From a virus (taxonomy: Duplodnaviria > Caudoviricetes), in the IMG/VR virus record IMGVR_UViG_3300011774_000001, positions 64,001-128,000 of that record: DNA of 64,000 bases; one strand, 5' to 3'. The notes beneath the pieces are model-generated. The model saw nothing but the letters and a program-made list of their open reading frames with translations. It had not been told where the DNA came from and searched no databases. Position numbers and translations under genes: made by a program. Positions 38,597-47,970 of this stretch are shown piece by piece; positions within the stretch are counted from its first letter, which is position 1; the number at the start of each line of letters is the position of its first letter.

Positions 38597-39082
38597 ATGT
38601 TCAGTATGTCCAACCACGCTCAAGACAAAGCAGTTTTCAATGACCACGTGGACACCATTATCGAAGCACTGCGTGCCGAAGATTACATGGTCCGTCTCGA
38701 CAAGGAAGGTGCCAGCAACAAGAAGCACCAGCTGCTCGGCGTCGTGCTCTGCTACAGCGACAATGCCACGCAGTTCGTCTGCCCTTGCTACAACGACCTG
38801 GAGTTCGAGTTGAACCCCATCCGTCTGAAGGAAGGCAAACTGTGCGTCACCCAGAAGTCCATCGGCATGGCCACCAGCGTGGGTCTCAAGTGGTTTGAAA
38901 CCAAATCACTGACCTACACCGGCAGCCTGTCGATGTTCCTGACTCGCGAAGAAGAACTCGCTGGTCTGGAATACACCCCACCTCCGCTGTATGTGGTGGT
39001 GGTAGACGAACCGCTGGTATCCCAAGCCGAAGCTGCGGCCAACGCTGCTGACGCCGTCAAAGATACACCAGCTGCTGTATGA
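38597..39082 (+). CDS. Hypothetical protein
   Basis: SD GAGGT; shares a motif with 40231..41331. Confidence 0.7.
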   Translation: MFSMSNHAQDKAVFNDHVDTIIEALRAEDYMVRLDKEGASNKKHQLLGVVLCYSDNATQFVCPCYNDLEFELNPIRLKEGKLCVTQKSIGMATSVGLKWFETKSLTYTGSLSMFLTREEELAGLEYTPPPLYVVVVDEPLVSQAEAAANAADAVKDTPAAV

Positions 39083-39175
39083 TCCATAGGGCCTTCGCAA
39101 GAGGGCCCGCTCTTATGCACATTCATTGGGAGTGTGCATAAAAGTCATAATCCCCAAGTCCTAAGGAGGACTGCA

Positions 39176-40198
39176 ATGAAAGACCTGGAAAAGAAATACT
39201 CGGCTGCCGACATCGAATCGGCCAAAGCCTGGGTTCGCAATGAGTGCGGTGCCATGAGTGAGGAGGGTTTCGAGAAAGCAGTTAAGCAAGTGCTCGAAAT
39301 GCGTGAGACCACCCATGTGATCAAACTGGATGGTGCCGTACCACTGAACATGTACGGCGGCCCTACTCCAAAGGTGGAGCTGCTGGACCCAGAGCCTGCG
39401 GAAGAGCCTCTGCTGAATCTGGACAACGTCCGCCGGATGCCAGAGATGCAGAAGCCTGACCTGTCATTTGAAGACAGGGTCACCAATCGCCTGATGCTGG
39501 CAATGGCTCGGGGTGAGATTGTGCTGGCGCTGGATGGCACTCCTGAAGGTAAAGCTCACGATGCCAAGGTGGTCAAAGATTACCTGACTCGTGAGGCTGG
39601 GTACTACCCCTACGAGACTCGCGATCAGTGGTTGGCTTCCAATGGTGGCGTCACCAGCGATGGTCATGGATCGCTGTGGTTCGAATACCCAGGCGACGGC
39701 ATGAGCGACATCAACCCGCCTCGACCAAGTGAGAAGCATGCCACCGATCTGCTAGACAAACTGCCAGCGCGGCAGCTAGGTCAGAACGTGGACTTTGCCG
39801 ACATTGCGCCAAGCGACTTTGAGTTGTTGGGCATTGATCCATCGGAAGCCAAGCCACGACCTGTGTTTGTAGAGGTGGACATCTCCAAACTGGCAGAGGG
39901 TGAAAGCTACATCACGCCAGACGGCAAGAGCTACACCAAGGTGCATGGTCGCATGGTGCCTTCAGACGCGGTGCAGACGGCTCTGTCTTCGATTCACTTG
40001 GACCGACCTGCATCTCCTGCTCGTCAGGAAATGTTCAAACGTCACGTGGATCTTAAGCTGGAGGACATGAAGCTCAGTCCTGCAGACGAGGCCACAGGTT
40101 TTGAGAAGGCGTTCCGCGAACGTCATCCTGACCTGCATCGTGGACTGCCACCTGGCCATGCCCTCAAAGTCACCCCAATCAAAAACGATGATAAATAA
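39176..40198 (+). CDS. Hypothetical protein
   Basis: ATG 39176 after the hairpin SD leader. Confidence 0.7.
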   Translation: MKDLEKKYSAADIESAKAWVRNECGAMSEEGFEKAVKQVLEMRETTHVIKLDGAVPLNMYGGPTPKVELLDPEPAEEPLLNLDNVRRMPEMQKPDLSFEDRVTNRLMLAMARGEIVLALDGTPEGKAHDAKVVKDYLTREAGYYPYETRDQWLASNGGVTSDGHGSLWFEYPGDGMSDINPPRPSEKHATDLLDKLPARQLGQNVDFADIAPSDFELLGIDPSEAKPRPVFVEVDISKLAEGESYITPDGKSYTKVHGRMVPSDAVQTALSSIHLDRPASPARQEMFKRHVDLKLEDMKLSPADEATGFEKAFRERHPDLHRGLPPGHALKVTPIKNDDK

Positions 40199-40230
40199 TC
40201 ATCCTATCCCCAAGTCCTTAGGAGGACAAC

Positions 40231-41331
40231 ATGTCTAAAGCTTCCCGTGACCTGATCAAAAACCTGACTCCAGAAAACCGCAATCTGGTGTTGTTGTTGC
40301 AAATGCGAATGGGTCACTACATCGATGGCGAGATCACGATCTGCAAACAGGTCGTCATTCTCACCCAGAACGATCGGGAGTACATCTGCCCGGCTGCTAA
40401 CCCATTCACTGGTCGCATGAACTACAAACCTCTGCAACTGAATGCAGAAGGTGATCTGTTCTTGTCCCCAATCGCGTTGCAGGGTGGTTGCAACTTTATC
40501 GGCGTGCTGGACATCATGGTGGGTGCTGAGGAATTGGCGCAAACCATGCGCACTGTCTCTGCCCTCAAGAGCGCTCCAGCCGCCACTAAGGGTGTGGATG
40601 TGGTCGTCATGGGTAACGAGATGCAGAGCGCTGTGGGGTACAGCGATGGTCTTATCAATCCTGAGTTGGTGATCACCCAAGATGCTATCCAGCGTCGGCT
40701 GGTAGGCCCTTGGGATGGTCCAGGTTGGGATGAAGGGATGGATGAGGAAACTCGTCGTAATCGTCTCTTTCTCTGGGATAAGGCATCTTCAATGGGTGAG
40801 GTCAGTGAAACGACCAAACGTCAGATCCTTGAAGCCACCAACTCATTCCCCAATGTGCGAGACATTCATGGTGGGTACTACCGCAATCCAATTGCGGATC
40901 TGCCAGAGAGTCTGCCGCTGCCAGAAGGTGGTCGGGATGCTCGCAAGTTCCGTGAGGTCACTGTTGGTGAAATGATGGAGGCGCTCCCAGATCGCTCTGA
41001 TATTCAGATCAGTTTGGACCGCGCCCCACGCCAATCCCCGATTCGTATTCACGGCGAGTCTGAGATGAACCCTAACTACCCTCTTGGGATGTCAATCAAT
41101 CCTGAGGTGTTGGCAACCATCGATGCCTGGGCTGACCCAGAACTGCGCAGTGCTGCAAAGTCCATACTGAGCAGCCAGACCCCGCTGAGCGATTCGGAAT
41201 ACTTCAATCGCAAGATGCAAATGCCTGGTTACCAGCCTGCCAAGTTCAGCTTCTGGACTCGCATGGGTTGGAAGTGGGCAGATCTCAAAGACCGCGTTGG
41301 TCGTTTCTTCTCTAACCTGTTCAAACGTTAA
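40231..41331 (+). CDS. Hypothetical protein
   Basis: Hairpin SD leader; amphipathic basic C-terminus. Confidence 0.7.
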   Translation: MSKASRDLIKNLTPENRNLVLLLQMRMGHYIDGEITICKQVVILTQNDREYICPAANPFTGRMNYKPLQLNAEGDLFLSPIALQGGCNFIGVLDIMVGAEELAQTMRTVSALKSAPAATKGVDVVVMGNEMQSAVGYSDGLINPELVITQDAIQRRLVGPWDGPGWDEGMDEETRRNRLFLWDKASSMGEVSETTKRQILEATNSFPNVRDIHGGYYRNPIADLPESLPLPEGGRDARKFREVTVGEMMEALPDRSDIQISLDRAPRQSPIRIHGESEMNPNYPLGMSINPEVLATIDAWADPELRSAAKSILSSQTPLSDSEYFNRKMQMPGYQPAKFSFWTRMGWKWADLKDRVGRFFSNLFKR

Positions 41332-41358
41332 TTATTCCCAAGTCCTAAGGAGGACATC

Positions 41359-41559
41359 ATGGTTTCTGTTAAAGGTATCGCTATTCTCGTTTTCGGTATG
41401 GTTGTAGGTGGTGTGGTCGTTTCCAATTCGTCGGCCATGCAAAGTTCTCCGGCTGCCAAAGCCAACGCTGAAGAAGTCATCACCGGTCACCGCGTAAATC
41501 CGCTGGGCCAAGAGATGCTCACTTTCAAAGGCGCCCGTGCACAGATCGTTGCACTCTGA
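41359..41559 (+). CDS. Small exported or membrane-anchored protein
   Basis: Signal-peptide-like N-terminus; hairpin SD leader. Confidence 0.6.
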   Translation: MVSVKGIAILVFGMVVGGVVVSNSSAMQSSPAAKANAEEVITGHRVNPLGQEMLTFKGARAQIVAL

Positions 41560-41583
41560 TAACCTACCAGCTGGAGAGATACC

Positions 41584-41970
41584 ATGGATCTGTTTGACGT
41601 TGTAACCACTTCTTCTTCCACCCGTCACATGGAATTCAAAGACGAGTGGTTCACCCGCAGCGAGGGCTTCAAAGCTCTGGTCAATGCGGAAATCCCTGAA
41701 CTGGAAGTGGGTGGTGTAATTGCTACCCGCGCTCCTGCCGACAACCGTCTGTTGGTCATCGGCACCCCTTTCGGCAATGTGGTGGTCATGGAGGTTGATC
41801 GCGATAAGCGTCACGCTCTGTTGTACTCCACCCCTGCCATCGAAGGATTGTTTGGTCACTGCTATCTTCCAGATGACCAACTCGAAGGCATAATCGGCGC
41901 ATGGGGCAAAGATAATATCGGCCACCGTCTCGCCAAGTTTTCCACCATCCATGAGACCAAAGGAGGTTAA
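41584..41970 (+). CDS. Phage hypothetical protein
   Basis: F...W...G...R.LVIGT.FGNVVV.E motif recalled from myophage hypotheticals; SD GGAG. Confidence 0.65.
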   Translation: MDLFDVVTTSSSTRHMEFKDEWFTRSEGFKALVNAEIPELEVGGVIATRAPADNRLLVIGTPFGNVVVMEVDRDKRHALLYSTPAIEGLFGHCYLPDDQLEGIIGAWGKDNIGHRLAKFSTIHETKGG

Positions 41971-41972
41971 TC

Positions 41973-42320
41973 ATGGCTAGCAACAACTCCGCAGTTCTTT
42001 ACATCCGCAACCCTGACGAGCGCTCCGCTCAGCGTCATCTGGCTGTGGACGATGACCCCAAGTGGGTTGCCAAAGTCAAATATGTTCTGGAGAACGGTGC
42101 CGAGTACGCTGACCTGGTAGGTCCGCTACTGGTTGCCCACGATGTATCTGGCGGTGGTCGGATGATGTTCTACCCACTGCCCTACATCTTCCGTACTGAA
42201 CGCGAGCGCGCTGTAGCGGCTGCTCGCCTGGGTAAAACACCACCCCCAGAAACTTGGGTTCAGCGCAAGGTGCGCGTACTGCAAAAGATGTTTGGCCGTC
42301 AAGAGCCACAGGTCGCCTAA
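41973..42320 (+). CDS. Hypothetical protein
   Basis: SD AAGGAGGT. Confidence 0.65.
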   Translation: MASNNSAVLYIRNPDERSAQRHLAVDDDPKWVAKVKYVLENGAEYADLVGPLLVAHDVSGGGRMMFYPLPYIFRTERERAVAAARLGKTPPPETWVQRKVRVLQKMFGRQEPQVA

Positions 42321-42363
42321 ATCTTAAGGCGGCGTAATCCCCACGTCCTAGGGAGGACAAGTG

Positions 42364-42732
42364 ATGAAGTCGATCCGTGAAAATGTAATGGAAACGAAAC
42401 TCCACACCACTGAACGCACTGTTGTAGACGGCACAGTGATGGCTTACGGTTTGCTGGGCTCTGCACGTGCCTGGCAACAAGATGCCATTCAACAAGGTGA
42501 CGTAGGCGATGCACATACTCGCCTGCTGCACGAGTTGGCTGTCCTGTTGCACTGTGCACCCAAAGAGGAATCCACACCGGTCCTCAGCAATCTGGAGAGC
42601 CATGGCTTTCTGGTTGGCTTTGAAGTAGAGGCATCCCGTGTGGCCATTGCCTGTGATGGGCATCAGTTGTCTGCAGTCATTACCCGCGATCAAGCCTTGG
42701 CCTATCAGGCTGAGAATAAACTCATCCACTAA
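42364..42732 (+). CDS. Hypothetical protein
   Basis: Hairpin SD leader. Confidence 0.65.
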   Translation: MKSIRENVMETKLHTTERTVVDGTVMAYGLLGSARAWQQDAIQQGDVGDAHTRLLHELAVLLHCAPKEESTPVLSNLESHGFLVGFEVEASRVAIACDGHQLSAVITRDQALAYQAENKLIH

Positions 42733-42749
42733 CCCGATAAGGAGGACGT

Positions 42750-43259
42750 ATGAAAAAGCACATCGAACATGCGTCCTCCATCATCGCGCAACATTACGGC
42801 CTTGTCTGGAACGGACGCTCACTGACTCTCAAACGCTGGGAGTCGGTGGGTTGTCTGTCCAGTTTATTTTTTGTTTCAATACACCTAGATTCCAGCACAC
42901 ACCTCTATCTCGTTGACCGCAAGGACATCGATACCGAAGAGGAGGGCATGCGTTTGAAGCTACCGTGTTTTCATTTCAGTCCGCAGATGGTCGACTCCCT
43001 AGAGAGTGATCGACATCAAGTGTGGTATCTAGCCGCTGAAGGGGAACTGATCCTCATCAAAGATCACAATGTCGAACGACTGTTCAAGCGACTGCGCATT
43101 ACCCATGTAGGTGGTGATCGTCATCGATTTGAGCAAGATGTGTTGGGCACCGACATTGAGATCAGGCAACCTTATCAACCCGGTCGAGGTAGGGTTAGAA
43201 AGGATTATTGGAAGAACCACCTCAACCGAAAGCCTAAGCCGGTCTTGGTGCCGGCATAA
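42750..43259 (+). CDS. Hypothetical protein
   Basis: SD TAAGGAGG (degenerate leader). Confidence 0.65.
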   Translation: MKKHIEHASSIIAQHYGLVWNGRSLTLKRWESVGCLSSLFFVSIHLDSSTHLYLVDRKDIDTEEEGMRLKLPCFHFSPQMVDSLESDRHQVWYLAAEGELILIKDHNVERLFKRLRITHVGGDRHRFEQDVLGTDIEIRQPYQPGRGRVRKDYWKNHLNRKPKPVLVPA

Positions 43260-43310
43260 TTCTCCCTCCTGCCTTTCGGGGCGGGGGGGTCTATGCTGTC
43301 TTTTTTTTTG
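43253..43310 (+). terminator. Hairpin + CTATGC + T-run terminator
   Basis: CTCCCTCCTGCCT-TTCG-GGGCGGGGGGG-TCTATGCTGTC-T9. Confidence 0.7.
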
Positions 43311-43395
43311 TGTCGTGGTGGCCATTTGATGTACGTTCACCCAGAGTTAATCTATGTAGTACCCTGACAATCCCCCTTATGTACGGAGTTTGGCC

Positions 43396-43785
43396 ATGAC
43401 ATCTGCATTGGTTAAACGCATAGAGTCAACGACTCAGTCGCGCTACATTCTGGATGGCAGGGGTCCCTCTGTTGCCCAGTATTGGTCAGACTATCGGGGC
43501 CTCGAAGCTATGCTCTCTGAGCGGCATAGCACTGCGCTGTACATGGCGCAAGTGGCTAAGGAAAGGGGTGAACTAGACCGTAAGTTCTCGACAGACATTC
43601 CCCAGTCAGTCTTGAACAACTACATTGTCCAAGCACCCTCGATTCTGCGCAAGCTGGACAGAGATATCAAAAACATCATTGATGAAGGAGGAGCTGACGC
43701 AATAGTGTACTTGAAAACACTATCCACGGTTAGAGGCGCGATGACTGACACCATCACGCACTTAGGCCGACTTGTAGGAAGCTGA
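43396..43785 (+). CDS. Hypothetical protein
   Basis: SD GGAG; same operon as the macrodomain gene. Confidence 0.55.
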   Translation: MTSALVKRIESTTQSRYILDGRGPSVAQYWSDYRGLEAMLSERHSTALYMAQVAKERGELDRKFSTDIPQSVLNNYIVQAPSILRKLDRDIKNIIDEGGADAIVYLKTLSTVRGAMTDTITHLGRLVGS

Positions 43786-43787
43786 TC

Positions 43788-44234
43788 ATGACTGTATCTG
43801 TCACTTACCAAAGCGTCTTTGATTCCCCAGCCCAGGCGCTGGTGGTTACGGTAAACTGTGTCGGCATCATGGGTAAGGGCGTAGCTGAAGTTTGTAAGCG
43901 CAAATACCCGCAAGTGTTCATCGACTATGTTCGCCGTTGCCGAAGTGGCAAGATCACTGTTGGTCGGATAAGTAATGAAGATTGCTACCAGCTGGCTGAT
44001 GGGCGGTACATCATCCTGTTCCCCACCAAAAACCACTGGAGACGAGACAGTCAAGTTTGTTGGATTGAAACAGGGTTAGCCGACCTTCTCGGTCACTGCC
44101 ACCGTCTGAGCTTAGATGACGTGGCCTTACCTCCCCCAGGCTGCGGTAATGGTGGCTTGGAATTAAGCGACGTTAAGCCTCTAATCGACCTCATGTTCGA
44201 GGAAGAGGGTGTTGAGGTTACCTTATGTATATAG
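43788..44234 (+). CDS. Macrodomain ADP-ribosyl glycohydrolase (DarG/TARG1/Poa1p-like)
   Basis: VNCVGIMGKGVA, FPTK.HWR..S, ALPPPGCGNGGL. Confidence 0.85.
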   Translation: MTVSVTYQSVFDSPAQALVVTVNCVGIMGKGVAEVCKRKYPQVFIDYVRRCRSGKITVGRISNEDCYQLADGRYIILFPTKNHWRRDSQVCWIETGLADLLGHCHRLSLDDVALPPPGCGNGGLELSDVKPLIDLMFEEEGVEVTLCI

Positions 44235-44552
44235 ACGCGTTGCTGCGGCTAGATCCTTACCCTGAGGAGTCGGTCAGCGAACTGGGATTCCAGTCATGAC
44301 TGGCAAGAGGGGTGCGGCGGTGGGCTTTCGTCCTTTTCACCACCGCAAGTTGTACAGTGCTGGTCCTCTTTTGGGGACTCAGGTTGTGCAGCCTACAGAA
44401 CATTGGGGCGTCACGCCCTTGCCCGCCCTCCCCCGTGTTCTGTGGGGTGCTTCCTCATCGCACCGGTGTTAGAGTCAGCCTTCGGGCTGGCTCTTATGCC
44501 CTGGTCCATTCTATGCGACATACTGTCGTTGTGAACCCCAAGGAGATGCTCC

Positions 44553-45071
44553 ATGAAAATCAATGTGGCCAAAACGGCACAGGAAAACTTGATCGACCTG
44601 ATCATCGACGCCAACCCTGGTAAGTCGTTGACCGCCGCTCAGTTCACTGCTGCCAACCCTGTCGTTATCCCAGACGACGCCGGTCGCAACACCACCATCG
44701 TTCTGTCCGCTGTTGTGGGTCAGGGCTACGGTGCTGGCGACGTTACTTTCAAATACACCCGTCTGGGTCTGGCTGGCGTTAACGTCACCCCAGTTACCAG
44801 CGTGCGCGTTGCTGAAGGCGATGACCAGGCTGCCTCGCTGGCCAAGGTGCTGGCTGCCGTTGGCATCCTGGGTAGCGAAGTTGATGCGTCTGACTACGCT
44901 GCACCGACTGACGACACCGTTCCAGGCATGATCACCCTGACCCCGAAGGCCAACTCCGCGTTGTACGTCGGCGAAGAAGTGGTCATCGAACTGACCTGGG
45001 CGCCTGAAGTAGAGCCTACCCTGGCTGACACCTTCACCACCACCGATCTGGACGGCTTCGAGCCTGCCTAA
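44553..45071 (+). CDS. Virion fibre-family paralog (domain A + C-terminal tail)
   Basis: GRNT...Y.G.....Y.RL.L motif; ends PTLADTFTTTDLDGFEPA. Confidence 0.7.
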   Translation: MKINVAKTAQENLIDLIIDANPGKSLTAAQFTAANPVVIPDDAGRNTTIVLSAVVGQGYGAGDVTFKYTRLGLAGVNVTPVTSVRVAEGDDQAASLAKVLAAVGILGSEVDASDYAAPTDDTVPGMITLTPKANSALYVGEEVVIELTWAPEVEPTLADTFTTTDLDGFEPA

Positions 45072-45081
45072 GTCGTAATGG

Positions 45082-45124
45082 CGACATACGCCCCCTGCCC
45101 TTTGCGGGGCAGGGGGTTTATGCT
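45082..45124. terminator. Bidirectional hairpin + TTATGC
   Basis: GACATAC-GCCCCCTGCCC-TTTGCG-GGGCAGGGGGT-TTATGC. Confidence 0.65.
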
Positions 45125-45813
45125 CATGCTGGTTCAAACCCGTTAAGGCTTTTGTTCTCAAACACTTCGGCCAATGTAGGCTCAGCACCCATGGTTGCAA
45201 TGCTGCCCGGTACAAAGAAGTAGCTCTCTGCACCCGCTACCAAATAGATGGAGTTGGCAGTAACCCGGCATTTGGTCAGGTCAAAGTCAGCATCGACCAC
45301 CAGAATACCCTTGGCACGAATGGCTGCAATCACTGCAGTCATGTTGGGTAGCGAACTACCCGGTACCAACTTCATGGCCGCCAATACGTTCATGTAGCGA
45401 CGTTCGTAGATTACCGTCACTGGAACGCGGTACGCACTGGTTTCTGAAGGCGACAGCAGAACATTGGTTCGTGCAGGACCAACGCTCAGATCCGCAACAG
45501 GCTTACCAATGATCAGTGTGTTCCAGTCGGGCACTACGGTCATCTTGCGGGTCACCATGACCTTGAAGTTGTCCAGCCCCGTGATGTCGTAAGGCAGTGT
45601 AACAAAGCCTTCCTGCACCTGAGCGACCAACACCCGAGCACTGGCAGTACGGATCACTGGGGCAGATTTCTGGGCCACCAGTGTCCGCACGCTGGCTACC
45701 CTGGCCGCGGGATGGGGTTTCTCAATCACAATGCCCTGTACAGAGAACAAGTCTGTGGAGACCCTCTCCTGTTCAACGACCAGACCTTGCAGTGTAAACA
45801 GATCAGTATCCAT
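45124..45813 (-). CDS. Fibre-family adaptor with four N-terminal beta-strand repeats
   Basis: TDLFTLQGLVVE/TDLFSVQGIVIE and ARVASVRTLVAQ/IRTASARVLVAQ, then domain A; ends LNGFEPA. Confidence 0.7.
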   Translation of the reverse strand: MDTDLFTLQGLVVEQERVSTDLFSVQGIVIEKPHPAARVASVRTLVAQKSAPVIRTASARVLVAQVQEGFVTLPYDITGLDNFKVMVTRKMTVVPDWNTLIIGKPVADLSVGPARTNVLLSPSETSAYRVPVTVIYERRYMNVLAAMKLVPGSSLPNMTAVIAAIRAKGILVVDADFDLTKCRVTANSIYLVAGAESYFFVPGSIATMGAEPTLAEVFENKSLNGFEPA

Positions 45814-45823
45814 GGAATTCCCC

Positions 45824-46879
45824 TTAACGTGCTACTACGGTAAGGGAAACCTCTAGCCCGTTAAGGGCAGTGGCTGGGACAGATTCAGCGCTGTTGCGAG
45901 AACCGTTGATCAGTCGAACTGCAGGACCTGTCAGGGCCACCGCCGAGTTGGGGGACAGGGTAACACTGTCGTTGTGAGTGCCGCGAGTAATCTTGGCAAC
46001 AACGTCCGAAGGACTGCCCTGGGCATAGGCACAACGACTTTGCACCATGACACCACTGACGTTAGCCACGTTTGGCAAGACGTACCCATCCACTGGTTTC
46101 AGTTTAAGCACTGGATTGACGCCGTTACCCAGGATGTACTTACCTGTGTCCGTCGCAAAGTCACGCCATGCCTGAACATTGGCCAGGTTAGTCATGTCCC
46201 AATCCGTGCTGGACACGACCTGCATTGGAATGTCGGTGATGTCCTGAGGACCCAGACGACCACTGGGTGTGTCATCGCCGATGTCTGCGGTAACGTAGAT
46301 GTCGGTCATCCAGATACCTTCGGTACCACTGATCGGGAAACCCAATGCCCAGGTATTGGCACCGAACTCGGCCTTATCGGTCGTGTCAGTAACTGTGTTG
46401 ATCCACTGGAAGCGGCCATCGATGTACGCGGATATCGTGCGGTCAGTGCGGTTGAATACCAGCTCCAAATACCACTCCGTCACGTTGGCCGGAATGTTCT
46501 GCATCCAGTATGCCCCGCGCAGGGTTTTGAAGACAGGGAAGTTCAGGGGGGTGGTAGGTGTGCCAAGCTTACGCTTGAGACGCAGACCGATCGTGAACAC
46601 GTTAGCAGAGGCGGGTACCAGGCTACCGATGTTCATGACGTACTGGTTGAAAACGTTGACAATACCGTAACCAGTATAACCACCCAACCAATATTTGTTC
46701 CCCACCTTCTCTACACCGAGACCCCATGGCTGACCACCCGAGCCCCAGTTGGCACCGGCGTTGACCAGAGGAATTGCACCAGGCAACCCTAGGGCACCAG
46801 CCCCCGCTGCAGTGGCGATGGCAGACAGTTCAATGCCTGTCTGTACGCCAGCAAAGTTTTCAAGTTGTGTAATGGCCAT
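45824..46879 (-). CDS. Putative receptor-binding protein, ConA/LamG-like lectin fold
   Basis: WYLELVFNR....AYIDG and DIYV....RLGP motifs shared by three paralogs. Confidence 0.65.
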   Translation of the reverse strand: MAITQLENFAGVQTGIELSAIATAAGAGALGLPGAIPLVNAGANWGSGGQPWGLGVEKVGNKYWLGGYTGYGIVNVFNQYVMNIGSLVPASANVFTIGLRLKRKLGTPTTPLNFPVFKTLRGAYWMQNIPANVTEWYLELVFNRTDRTISAYIDGRFQWINTVTDTTDKAEFGANTWALGFPISGTEGIWMTDIYVTADIGDDTPSGRLGPQDITDIPMQVVSSTDWDMTNLANVQAWRDFATDTGKYILGNGVNPVLKLKPVDGYVLPNVANVSGVMVQSRCAYAQGSPSDVVAKITRGTHNDSVTLSPNSAVALTGPAVRLINGSRNSAESVPATALNGLEVSLTVVAR

Positions 46880-47961
46880 TATGCAGGGTCCTTCAGAGTA
46901 ATGCTGAAGTCAACCGAGGCCAGAGGCACGTTGGCCGCTACAAACTCGGCACGAGGGCGTGTCCAGTTGACCACGTCAGCAGTCGTGGTGGTAAAGTTGA
47001 TCGCACTGGCGTTGGTGTACTTGGTTCCATCCACGGTCTGCGAGATATCGACCTGTGGTATGACTGCGGCACTACGCCGGCCACCCACCAGAACACCTGC
47101 AGCCAACACCTTACCTGGAATTGCGGAGAGGTCCAGTTTGAAATTGACAGCGCTGTTAGCGTCCGTCAGTTTCACAGTGCCGGCAGCCTTGGACCAAGCA
47201 CCACCCGAGGCCGTGTTAACCAGCGGTTGGTTGAGGATGGTTTGGGCAGTGGCAGCATCCTTGTTGGCACCCACTACGCCGGTGACTGTCACCGGGGCAC
47301 GTTTGATGTTCACAGGACCCAAGCGTTTAGTGACGCCAATGCCGTCATCCACCACGATGTAAATGTCGCGAACCTTGAACTGGTCGGGGCTGACTTTTGC
47401 CGCACCGTTGTTGGTCCATGCGGTTGCGTTCTTGAACGGAACACCTAAGGTAAGTTCGCGACCGTTGTTGATGTCCGAATACAGTTGAGGGAACGACGTC
47501 AGGGCTGATTCACTAATAAGTGCACCGTCCTTGTAGACACGGAATTTATTGCCGGTGAAGTCGATCTCAATTTCCAAGAACGCTTCTGGTGTACCGGTGC
47601 CCCCCACAAACCCGAGAGCAGCGCCGTTACTCAATAGCAGGTCATTGACTGGCTGGCCGGTGGCCGCTAGTCTGAACAGCGCGTAACCGGCGTTGTTGAC
47701 GTTGCGATAACGAGCGCCGAACCAGTAGACCTTGGTTTTGTCGAGCGTCAGCGGTAGAAGGTATTGGCCGCGGTATTCACCAACACCGTTACCCTCGACC
47801 GCACACATCCAACCCGCTTCATCAATGCAGGGGTTCTGCACCCAACTGGTCGAGCTGTAATAGACACCGACGTCACTCATCGGGACAAGGCCAAAGCTTT
47901 TCAGGCTGGCCCCTCCGATAGAACGTAGGTTGTCGAAACAATAAGCAGCTAAGAGACTCAT
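46879..47961 (-). CDS. Putative receptor-binding protein, ConA/LamG-like lectin fold
   Basis: FLEIEIDF....RVYKDG; DIYI....RLGP. Confidence 0.65.
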   Translation of the reverse strand: MSLLAAYCFDNLRSIGGASLKSFGLVPMSDVGVYYSSTSWVQNPCIDEAGWMCAVEGNGVGEYRGQYLLPLTLDKTKVYWFGARYRNVNNAGYALFRLAATGQPVNDLLLSNGAALGFVGGTGTPEAFLEIEIDFTGNKFRVYKDGALISESALTSFPQLYSDINNGRELTLGVPFKNATAWTNNGAAKVSPDQFKVRDIYIVVDDGIGVTKRLGPVNIKRAPVTVTGVVGANKDAATAQTILNQPLVNTASGGAWSKAAGTVKLTDANSAVNFKLDLSAIPGKVLAAGVLVGGRRSAAVIPQVDISQTVDGTKYTNASAINFTTTTADVVNWTRPRAEFVAANVPLASVDFSITLKDPA

Positions 47962-47970
47962 GGTACCTCC

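Larger units (their letters stand above)
36639..42358 (+). repeat. Dispersed ~22-nt leader repeat ATYCCCAMGTCCT-WRGG-AGGAC (6 strong copies)
   Basis: Copies at about 36639-36660, 38132-38154, 39150-39172, 40206-40227, 41334-41355 and 42337-42358, each just before a start codon. Confidence 0.85.

Noticed and set aside
36639-42358. Leader repeat as a CRISPR array
   Set aside because: Copies are about 1-1.5 kb apart, separated by whole genes rather than 30-40 nt spacers; no cas genes.
44235-44470. Possible ncRNA in the ~240-bp gap after the macrodomain gene
   Set aside because: No convincing structure; short ORFs (24 and about 58 aa) could explain it, but evidence is insufficient to call either.
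45012-45183. Convergent genes both ending EPTLA...GFEPA as an invertible shufflon
   Set aside because: Similarity is at the protein level only; synonymous positions differ and no recombinase is in the window.
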